Of a stretch of DNA of 64,000 nucleotides, positions 28,001 to 40,000 are shown one piece after another. Numbering within the stretch: position 1 is the stretch's first letter; every line of letters begins with the position of its first letter. The stretch spans positions 28,088,001 through 28,152,000 of the forward strand of contig CM075987.1 in assembly GCA_038087875.1 (NCBI GenBank), written 5' to 3'. The DNA is from Malacoraja senta. Taxonomy: Eukaryota. A model generated the notes under the pieces. That model made no database searches. It was not told the origin of the DNA and saw only the letters and a program-made list of their open reading frames with translations. The translations under genes were made by a program, and so were the position numbers.

Positions 28001-31000
28001 ATATCTACCAATGGCACGTGTGCAGCACAAAAATGCCATCAAGAGAAAATCCAAGTCTCACCCGCTGATATTTAATAGGATTATTAAAGTGGAATCCCTT
28101 ACTATTGATATCCTGAGGGATTACCGTAGATCAAAAACTGAACTGGAATAACTATATACATAAGATAGGCACAAAACGCTGGAGTATCTCAACGGGTCAG
28201 ACAGCAACTCTGGAAAAAAGGAATAGGTGACGTTTTGGTTCGAGACCCTTCTACAGACCGAGTCTTGAGCTGAAACGTCACCTATCCTTTTTGATGGAGA
28301 ACTGCAGACGCTGGTTTAAACTGAAGACAGATACAAAAGGCTGGAGTAACTCAGCGGGTCAGGCAACATCTCTGGAGGAAAGGAATAGGTGACGTTTCGG
28401 TTCTGAAAAAGGGTCTCAACCCGAAAGGTCACCAATTCCTTTTCTCCAAAGATGCTACCTGATTTGCTGAGTTACTTCATAGAAACATAGAAACATAGAA
28501 AATAGGTGCAGTAGGAGGCCATTTGGCCCTTCGAGCCAGCATTGCCATTAATTGTGATCATGGCTGATCGTCCCCAATCAATAATCCGTGCCTGCCTTCT
28601 CCCCATGTCCTTGATTCCACTAGCCCCTAGAGCTCTATCTAACTCTCTCTTAAATCCATCCAGTGATTTGGCCTCCACTGCCCTCTGTGGCAGGGAATTC
28701 CACAATTCACAACTCTCTGGGTGAAAATGTTTTTTCTCACCTCAGTCTTAAATGGCCTCCCCTTTATTCTAAGACTGTGGCCCCTGGTTCTGGACTCGCC
28801 CAACATTGGGAACATTTTTCCTGCATCTAGCTTGTCCAGTCCTTCAGCCTTTTGTGTCTGTCTTATAGCAACTCGCTTGATAGGCACCTATCCACAACAA
28901 TTCACTCACTTCACCATCAAAGCAGAGTAGCAGCTGTACGTACCTTCTACAGGATACACTGCAATGATTCACCCATGCTATCTGAGACATCGGCTTCCAA
29001 ACTCATGCCTTTCTGCCCTTAATGGATAAGGGCAACAATGACATGGGATCCCAGCTAAAAGTTGCCCTCCCGGCTACACAGCATTCTCATTTGGAAATAT
29101 ATTGCCATTCTCTCACTGTTGCTTGGTCAAAATCCTCAAACTCTCTCCCTAACAACATTATGGGTATACATAATACCTAAGTGATTGCAGCACTTCATGA
29201 AGGCAGCTCACTATTAACTTTCCCAGAGCAATTAGAGATGGGCAATTAAATGCTGGCTCTGCCATTGAAGCCCATACCCCTTGAATGCATATTAAAAAAC
29301 ATTATTTCACCATGAATAGTTAATTTTGAATATCAGGTGTGAAAGAGTGAAATTATATAAGGTACCAATGGCTTGCTCAAATTCTCAATATAATTGTGTT
29401 AATGTATGGCTCAACACATATGAATGTAAAAAATATTCCAACAATTTATTTGGAAGTATTCAACAGACTAGCATTTCATTTCATCACACCCTTGGAAAGA
29501 TTGTGAAAGAGTAGTCTCCATATGAATATTTTCAATGTTTAATTATATTTAGTTACTCCTAGAAAGTTGTAGGCTGTAAAAAGTAAAATTAATAATTCTG
29601 GTTTTCTATTTACACGATCTTGCTTTAAAATGTAGATTCCCCAACCGAATTTGGCTTGATCAAGACAACTGCAGACAAAGTTATGTAATTGACACAAATA
29701 CGCAAGATGACAGATCACCGTAAGTGATAAAAATGCAAAAAGTAATCAGTCAGAATATTTCAGGGAATTTGTTGTATTTTCATATATTTTTATGTGATGC
29801 ATTCAGTCGTTAGTTGGGATCAACTCAACAGAGTATTTAAAATGCACCTGTAAATGTTACTGAACATTGTATGAGTACCTCAATAAATAAAAAAATAATT
29901 GGTATGAAAAATGTACAGTAGAATTTAGTCAGGGCATTGACTCCAAGAGTCAGGAAGTTATGTTGCAGTTTTATAAAACTTTGGTTCACCCACATTTGAA
30001 CTATTGTGTAAAATTCTGGTTGTCCCAACATCGAAGGATGTGGAGGCTTTGGAGAGGCTGCAAAATAAATTTACCAGAATGCTGCTTGTATTTGAGAGTA
30101 TTAACTATAGAAAAGGTTCGATAAACTTAGATTGTTTTCTCTGAAGTGTCAGAGGCTGAGAGGAGACCTGATAGAAATATATAAAATGATGAGAGGCATG
30201 GATAGGGTAGATAGTCAGAACCTTTTCCCCATGATGGAAAAATCAAATAGTACAGGGCATAGCTTTAAGTTAAGAGGGGCAAAGTTTAAAGGAGATGTGT
30301 GGGGCATGTTTTTTTACATGGTGTAGTAGGTGCCTATAATGCACTTCCTGGGTTGATGGAGAAATAGATACAATGGTGGCATTTAAGAGGCTTGTAGATA
30401 GACATATGAATATGCAGGGAATGGCGAGATTGGAGATAATTTGGCATCGTGTTCAGCGTGGCATCGGTCTGGCCCTGTTCCTGCGCTATAATGTTCTGGA
30501 TGTTCTATTAATGCTTTAAGCATTAGGCTAATTTTATAGCATTCCTGGGCTTCACACGAGCCAGGTAAAGTATATGTATGGTACGTTTAAGAACTGAACG
30601 AACCACCTGCTATGACCTAGAAGTGTTTGTACCAGACTATACCAGTTAGTTGAGAGTTTCTGCATTTAGTACATGATGCACTGTTTATGCTTATTGCTTA
30701 AGCCAATTGCTTATGCTTGCAGCAACACAAGAAAACATGCGTAACAAAGGGGGTTTGCAGAGCAACCTGGTGAAATACCAGCAAACTGAAAGTTGCTGTA
30801 GATTCTAGACCAGGAACATTGACTTGTACCTTTTTATTCCACATATACTGCCTGACCTGATCAGTTCTTCTAACATTCTGTTTTTTGTTCCTGAAACAAT
30901 AATTCTGCTTCTCCCTCAACTGCTGTAACCTGACCCACTGAGGATTTCCAACATTTTCTGTTCTATTTTCAGATTTCTAGCACATGCAATGATTTGCTTT

Positions 31001-34000
31001 TGAAAGTAATTCATAGCTCCTGTCTACACACCAGCTTAATCATTCTGGCTATTGTGGAGCATTGTAGATGAGTGGGTTTTGACTAGAATATGTTTCTGGG
31101 AAAGGAATATAGTAATTCTAAGATAATGCAGATAAGTGGCTGAATTTCTGAGATAGTCTTGCTCAGTAATTTTCTAATCAAAAATACCAAAAAATGTTCT
31201 CTGGTTTCCTTTCATGTAATTTCTCTCTATTTTGGAATAATCACTTCAAAAACGTAGAAACATAGAGCAACATGAAGCATCCAGCAATAGAAACACTCCC
31301 AGGTAGTAAAAATGTGATTATCTATTCAGTGTTTGGAAATTCAGGGCATAATTTGGGTCAAATTGAGTCAAGGTTCTGAGGTAACTTTGCTAAATGAGTT
31401 ACCAAAGTACTGATGAAAGGACTCACTTCTATGTTTTCATTTCCAATACTGGTTATGCTACCACGTTATAAAGTGTGAGTGTTTCTCTATGTGCTGTGCT
31501 TTTAATTAGAATATTTAATTGTGGGAGGCAAATCAATTCCTCATCCCAGATATTCACAATAGATAGGGAATAGGGAATAGGGAATAGGGAATTTGGATAG
31601 GGAACCGAATATTTTAAGCTGGAAAGGGTACAAAAAAGATTTGTGAGGATGTTGCCAAGACTCAAGGGCCTGAACTATAGGGAAAGATTGGGCAGACTAG
31701 GACTTTATTCCATGGAGCACAGGAGGCTGAGAGGGTAATCTTATATAAGTGTATAAATTCATAAGGGGAATAGATAGGGTGAATGTAGAGAATCTTTTAC
31801 CAAGAGTAGCAGAATCAAAACCAGAGGACATAGATTTAAGGTGAGAGTGGCAAGATTTAGAGTCATAGAAACAGGCCCTACGGCCCAACTTGCCCACACC
31901 GGCCAACATGTCCCTGTTACACTAGTCCCACCTGCCTACGTTTGGTCCATATCTCTCCAAACCTGTCCTATCCATGTACCTGTCCAACTGCTTCTTAAAT
32001 GTTGGGATAGTCCCTGCCTCAACGACCTCCTCTGGCAGCTTGTTCCATACAACCACCACACTTTGTGTGATAAAGTTACCCCTCAGATTCATATTAAATC
32101 TTTTCCCATTCATGTTAAACCTATGTCCTCTAGTCCGTGATTCACCTACTCTGGGCAAGAGACTCTGTGCATCTACCTGATCTATTCCTCTCATGATTTT
32201 GTACTACTCCAAGGATTCTATTATATTAAACTCTGATGTCTGACTTATGCTTTTGTTTTCTTATGTCTTATCTTATCTTCTACACACTTTGTCATTCCGG
32301 AGACTCTAGAGACTAACTCAAAGCTCTCATATACAGTGCATGAAATATCAGTATCTGAGTTGGTAATAGCATGTATCAAGGGAGGAAATATATTCATGAT
32401 TACTGGTACTCTTCTTCGTCTTGTTGTGTGATCTGGCCACGTTAAGCTTCTTAACTACACGATGGAGAAATGGCACAAGGATAGACTAAGGTGGGAGAGG
32501 ATGAAGGTAAGTATCCGCTTCTACCTGTTGCATCATGTAAGACAGAAGAGATCTCAGGTGATGGGATGAGAACACTGTCATCTTCAACAGGTTCAGCTCC
32601 ACATTTGACCATTAACTCATCAATTGCTTTTCTTGTAAGGAAGAAGACGTCTATAATAATAAGGAGTATTTTGGGGTAATGTAATTGGGATCCCTCGCTT
32701 TCTTTCTGGGGATTATCCAGTCAACCCCTATATGTTTCTAGTTATAGTTCATTATTTCAACTGTAATCACCATTATAGATCTTTTATGCATGTAAACATA
32801 TTTTGATGGCAGACTAACCTATACAAATTCTTCATTCAAAAAATACTTTAATAAAATTATAGAAGGATTTGAAAACATGTTTCAAATGTTATTTCTTTGC
32901 TCTGTTTCAGAACGAGACAGTCACCTATATTACGGTAAGTGTTTTAAAAGCAATTTGTATTGCAAAATGTTTCTGGGCATGGAGATGAAGATTTTGAAAT
33001 AATTTGTTCTAGTTAAGACCAAAATCTTTAGGCCATGCAGTAGTTGTGCAGGTTCTCTGCTGACAATGGCAAGATTCTTATCTGGTTCAGGTCAAACTAA
33101 GGCTGCTGTATTCCCTTCAATACAATTACTGAACAAACCTCTCATAATCTAAGGATGTACTTCAATCTCCCAACCTACCTCATTGCAGCCCTTGCAATTT
33201 TTTATCTGCACTTTCTCTGTAACTGTAACACTATAATGTTGTAACACTATATTGGGCACTATAGTAATTTTCTCTTTGCACCACCTGTTTATGACTTGAT
33301 TGTACTTGTGTATATCATCATTTGACTGGATAGCACACAAGCAAAGGTTTTCTCTGTATCTTGGTACACATGACAATAATAAACCGATACTGCTCTCAAC
33401 TTTTGAGCCATCTCTTCTCTCCCATAAACATTACTTAGTTACAACCGCATACTGTTGCCTGGCTTCTTTGCTCATCCACTGAATACCTAGTGGAAGCATC
33501 CTCCCCACATCCATTCTTTCCAAGCCTTTCACTAATCTGTATGTTTCATTGAGGTCCCCCCTCATTTTTCTAAATTGGAAGAGAGGCTAATGGAATTCAA
33601 ACTCTCTCTATTTTTATTTTAGATTTCCAGCATGTTTTGTATGTTTGTTTTTGTATTGTAGTTAATCTTTTCCTGATTTGCTTCCTCAGGTTGCCACCAA
33701 GTTCAAGTCCCATGTCGTGAGTACAGCACACATCGTTTGCACGGTTTTCAGAGTAGTTTCCTCAAACAATCTAGAAATTCAATGTGGTTTGTCAAAAAAA
33801 TCAAGATCCCACTTTCTGTTGCCAGAGTGGACACGTCCATTCCGAAGATAAACATATTTCAGAATGCATCAAACATCTGTGGAAGCCAGTGATGTTGGGT
33901 GATGTGGAACCCAAAAATAAGTGTTGATAAAATGAAGGGAAATATTTTTGGTTATCTGAGATTATAGCAACAGAGCATGTATGATTTATTTTCTCATAAT

Positions 34001-37000
34001 AGGAATGCAGAATCTGGAACTTTTGGCAAGTCAGGGAAATCAAAGCTAATGTTGGCATTTGTGACTTACAGTATCTGCATTTCACAGAGATATTTTCAAG
34101 TTATACATTCTGGCCATCTCAGATTTTGGGAAAACTAATGGCTTTCAAGTTGCCTAAACCTGGAACCAGGTCATACCTGCTCCAGTTGTCAACATCTGCA
34201 GTTCCATGTATCTCAACAAACAGCCCTGTCAGGATAACTAGGTAATTTTCACGTTAGTGCCAAGACCTTAATAATTTAGCGTCTAAGTTAATAACTTAGA
34301 TGAAGGAACCAAGTATATTGTAGCCAAGCTTGTTTTGATACAAAGATGGTTGGAAAGCATATTGAGAAGAGGGCACAAATAATCTTTAAAGGAAAATAAA
34401 TAGGTTGTGAGTGAGAAAAGATTGATAGATGTAAGGAAATGTGTGATTATCCACTTTAGTCAGTAGAATATAAGAGTATAATATAGTTTAATTTGGGAGA
34501 AATTACAGAATGCAGTGGGAAAGTGGGATTGACTAATTTTGTATAAAAACCAAATAATTAGGAAGGGAAATGCAGTGTTAGTTATATTGCTGTTGTTGGG
34601 AGCGCGCTGGGACACTTGGTTTGTTTATTCAAGGGACGGTGACTTTGCATTGGAAGAATTACAGGAAAGATTTACAAAGCTCACTTTTAGAATGAAGAGG
34701 TTGTTTTTTCAGAAACTATTGAGCAGGTTGGGTATATATTTATTGGTATAATGTGGGTAAATATGAGATTGTTCCAAAAAATTATTTATGTAGCAAGAAT
34801 GAGACATAAAATGATGAGAAGGCTTGAGTAGATACTAAAGTTATATTTCCTCATGTGTCATTCTATAACATGGTATACTTTCAGAATAAAGGGTTGCCTC
34901 TAGTAGGATAACTTTAAATAATCTATATTAACGAATGGCAGAGAACACTTGAGGTTCGTATGCCAACCCTTGCTCCTATTTCATCTGTTCTTTTATGCGG
35001 AGGTTACTTTAGGGAAAGCATGAAATGAATACTGTGACTGGTTAGCAGGCAACAGAAGCTTTTCACTGTACCTCGGTACATGTGACAATAAACTAAAACT
35101 GAATTGCACTAATGTGCATGTAAAAATTAGGTTTTAGCCTGCTGTTTTGGGACTAATTGATGACTGCTATAATTTAAACCATTAAAAGGAAACCTTCAGC
35201 ACACACGTACCAGGATAATTTTTAATGAAATGGTGCGTGTGGCTTTCACACACATATCTCCACTTAAAGTCTGGAGTGCATTAGCTGGCAGAAAGGGATG
35301 CTGAGACAGGAAATGTGTAGACTTTCTTAGCATTGACATCAGAAGACCTCTTGGAAGCAGATGTCCTCATTTCTCTGAGAGCATGAAACCACAGAATCAA
35401 TTAACACAATCAACATGAAAATAAATCACCAAGGCATTACAACCAATAGACAATGTCCCAAGACTTTACTGCTAAATCACAAAATGTTCAATGATTGCGT
35501 GATCTGGATACAATCAAATCTGACAAATCTACTGCTCAATGCCACATGTTGCTCAGACTTACTAGGAAACAACTCGAAACCAACAACCACTTATCAACAA
35601 ACGTGAGCACATACATAATAGCATTATATTCATTTACAATATCCACTCTTCCTCTTTCAAAATATCTGGGACAAAGTAGACACTACCAGAGTCTGACTGG
35701 GGAAATTGAATCACAGCTCCCTTGAGGTTATTGTAACCTCAAACTGTTCTGCCACTCAACAAGATGATGACTGGTCTAAAGTTGCCCATTGTTCTATTTT
35801 TGCCCATTCCCTGTAATCCCTGACTCCCTTTTGGTTCAAAATCTGTCTGTCTTGAATATATTTAGTGGCTCACTCTTTACAGTTTTTAGTTCAAAGATTC
35901 TAATGATTCACAGCCTTAAATAAGAATAAATTCCTCCCATTGATTTGGCCCATCATCTTCATCCATGAAATTTGAACCACATTCATGATGGGAGAATTGA
36001 TCTTAACTTCAAAATGAAATCTCTCCTCTGTACACATTTCTAAAGTAATACCTCACACCCTTCTCCTCCATAGCTCTTTTTTACCAGAACAATATAACAA
36101 CCAGAACACTTGAGTGTGGAAGATGGGCAGACCACTTAAGTAAGTAAGTCTTCTTCTTATCGAGTCCACACACAAGATTAGAAGTTGAGCTGAACACATT
36201 TATCGGCATCTGCATACAATGGTGTCTGTCTTGTCGCTTCTTGGGCTTCTTGTGCGTGGTGGTGGAAAGATTGGTGGAAACCGGGCCGCGACGTGAACGC
36301 TCTTTCCTTGACTACAGTAAGTAAGTAATAAGTAACTACTTACTTAAGTAATCTGCACATCTTCCGCATTCAAGTGTTCTGGTTGCTATATTGTTCTAGT
36401 AAAAAATTAATTGTAAAAACTGGCATTGAAGAGCTTCCAACTCACAAGCAAAGGTCATCTTGCTACACATGACAATAATAAACCGATACTGCTCTCAACT
36501 TTTGAGCCATCTCTTCTCTCCCATAAACATTACTTAGTTGCAACTGCATACTGTTGCCTGGCTTCTTTGGTCATCCACTGAATACCTAGTGGAAGCATCC
36601 TCCCCACATCCATTCTTTCCAAGCCTTTCACTAATCTGTATGTTTCATTGAGGTCCCCCTCATTTTTCTAAATTGGAAGAGAGGCTAATGGAATTCAAAC
36701 TCTCTCTATTTTTATTTTAGATTTCCAGCATGTTTTGTATGTTTGTTTTTGTATTGTAGTTAATCTTTTCCTGATTTGCTTCCTCAGGTTGCCACCAAGT
36801 TCAAGTCCCATGTCGTGAGTACAGCACACATCGTTTGCACGATTTTCAGAGTAGTTTCTTCAAACAATCTAGAAATTCAACGTGGTTTGTCAAAAAAATC
36901 AAGATCCCACTTTCTGTTGCCAGAGTGGACACGTCCATTCCGAAGATAAACATATTTCAGAATGCATCAAACATCTGTGGAAGCCAGTGATGTTGGGTGA

Positions 37001-40000
37001 TGTGGAACCCAAAAATAAGTGTTGATAAAATGAAGGGAAATATTTTTGGTTATCTGAGATTATAGCAACAGAGCATGTATGATTTATTTTCTCATAATAG
37101 GAATGCAGAATCTGGAACTTTTGGCAAGTCAGGGAAATCAAAGCTAATGTTGGCATTTGTGACTTACAGTATCTGCATTTCACAGAGATATTTTCAAGTT
37201 ATACATTCTGGCCATCTCAGATTTTGGGAAAACTAATGGCTTTCAAGTTGCCTAAACCTGGAACCAGGTCATACATGCTCAAGTTGTCAACATCTGCAGT
37301 TCCATGTATCTCAACAAACAGCCCTGTCAGGATAACTAGGTAATTTTCACGTTAGTGCCAAGACCTTAATAATTTAGCGTCTAAGTTAATAACTTAGATG
37401 AAGGAACCAAATATATTGCAGCCAAGCTTGTTTTGATACAAATATGGTGGGAAAGCATATTGAGAAGAGGGCACAAAGAATCTTTAAAGGAAAATAAATA
37501 GGTTGTGAGTGAGAAAAGACTGATAGATGTAAGGAAATGTGTGATTATCCACTTTAGTCAGTAGAATATAAGAGTATAATATAGTTTAATTTGGGATAAA
37601 TTACAGAATGCAGTGGGAAAGTGGGATTGAGTAATTTTGTATAAAAACCAAATAATTAGGAAGGGAAATGCAGTGTTAGTTATATTGCTGTTGTTGGGAG
37701 CGCGCTGGGACACTTGGTTTGTTTATTCAAGGGACGGTGACTTTGCATTGGAAGAATTACAGGAAAGATTTACAAAGCTCACTTTTAGAATGAAGAGGTT
37801 GTTTTTTCAGAAACTATTGAGCAGGTTGGGTATATATTTATTGGTATAATGTGGTATATGAGATATATTGGTATATGTGGTATATTTATTGGTATATGAG
37901 ATTGATCCAAAAAAATATTTATGTAGCAAGAATGAGACGTAAAATGATGAGAAGGCTTGAGTAGATACTAAAGTAATATTTCCTCATGTGTCATTCTATA
38001 ACATGGTATACTTTCAGAATAAAGGGTTGCCTCTAGTAGGATAACTTTAAATAATCTATATTAATAAATGGCAGAGAACACTTGAGGTTCGTATGCCAAC
38101 CCTTGCTCCTATTTCATCTGTTCTTTTATGCGGAGGTTACTTTAGGGAAAGCATGAAATGAATACTGTGACTGGTTAGCAGGCAACAGAAGCTTTTCACT
38201 GTACCTCGGTACATGTGATAATAAACTAAAACTGAATTGCACTAATGTGCATGTAAAAATTAGGTTTTAGCCTGCTGTTTTGGGACTAATTGATGACTGC
38301 TATAATTTAAACCATTAAAAGGAAACCTTCAGCACACACGTACCAGGATAATTTTTAATGAAATGGTGCGTGTGGCTTTCACACACATATCTCCACTTAA
38401 AGTCTGGAGTGCATTAGCTGGCAGAAAGGGATGCTGAGACAGGAAATGTGTAGACTTTCTTAGCATTGACATCAGAAGACCTCTTGGAAGCAGATGTCCT
38501 CATTTCTCTGAGAGCATGAAACCACAGAATCAATTAACACGATCAACATGAAAATAAATCACCAAGGCATTACAACCAATAGACAATGTCCCAAGACTTT
38601 ACTGCTAAATCACAAAATGTTCAATGATTGCGTGATCTGGATACAATCAAATCTGACAAATCTACTGCTCAATGCCACATGTTGCTCAGACTTACTAGGA
38701 AACAACTAGAAACCAACAACTACTTATCAACAAACGTGAGCACATACATAATAGCATTATATTCATTTACAATATCCACTCTTCCTCTTTCAAAATATCT
38801 GGGACAAAGTAGACACTACCAGAGTCTGACTGGGAAAATTGAATCACAGCTCCCTTGAGGTTATTGTAACCTCAAACTGTTCTACCACTCAACAAGATGA
38901 TGACTGGTCTAAAGTTGCCCATTGTTCTATTTTTGCCCATTCCCTGTAATCCCTGACTCCCTTTTGGTTCAAAATCTGTCTGTCTTGAACATATTTAGTG
39001 GCTCACTCTTTACAGTTTTTAGTTCAAAGATTCTAATGATTCACAGCCTTAAATAAGAATAAATTCCTCCCATTGATTTGGCCCATCATATTCATCCATG
39101 AAATTTGAACCACATTCATGATGGGAGAATTGATCTTAACTTCAAAATGAAATCTCTCCTCTGTACACATTTCTAAAGTAATACCTCACACCCTTCTCCT
39201 CCATAGCTCTTTTTTACCAGAACAATATAACAACCAGAACACTTGAGTGTGGAAGATGGGCAGACCACTTAAGTAAGTAAGTCTTCTTCTTATCGAGTCC
39301 ACACACAAGATTAGAAGTTGAGCTGAACACATTTATCGGCATCTGCATCCAATGGTGTCTGTCTTGTCGCTTCTTGGGCTTCTTGTGCGTGGTGGTGGAA
39401 AGATTGGTGGAAACCGGGCCACGACCTGAACGCTCTTTCCTTGACTGCAGTAAGTAAGTAATAAGTAACTACTTACTTAAGTAATCTGCACATCTTCCGC
39501 ATTCAAGTGTTCTGGTTGCTATATTGTTCTAGTAAAAAATTAATTGTAAAAACTGGCATTGAAGAGCTTCCAACTCACCAAGCCCAGCTATTTCTATATG
39601 CTCCCTATACATTCGTTCATCTTTTTATGGAGGCTTTTAAAACAAACGTGGAGTTGACCACTATCAGTTATGCTATTGCATACCAATTGCCTAGGGCAAC
39701 AATATTTGGAATAATTGCTGCTATTATGAGGTAATTCCATAAGATTAGTAGTTGAGAGCCCAACTAATTGATACATTTACATTACAATTACTTTGATGAA
39801 GACATTCTTCAAATTAGATTGTGGATGTTTGAAATATTCAAGAAAGATGATAGATTTCTGTTAAGTGAGGATAAGACTCAATAATGGGAAAATGAAATGA
39901 GTTACATATTACATAGAATGTAATCATATAACAAAACATGTTTGTAGTAAAAACATGGCAATTCTTGTTTCTTATTCAACTTTCCAATGTATTTAGGGTT

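Larger units (their letters stand above)
33336..39578 (+). repeat. Recent ~3.1-kb tandem duplication (33336-36445 / 36443-39578)
   Basis: Near-identical copies, including identical ORF-track hits; CAC overlap at the junction. Confidence 0.97.

Noticed and set aside
30540..30564. 25-nt AG...GT segment
   Set aside because: Breaks the frame and has a poor pyrimidine tract.
32447..32506. Strong donor AAG|gtaagt with a 60-nt segment
   Set aside because: Weak acceptor and a stop in the phase-2 frame.
33801..38858. Duplicated 70-94 aa ORFs
   Set aside because: Identical only because of the tandem duplication; they lack coding features and partly overlap a degraded CR1.
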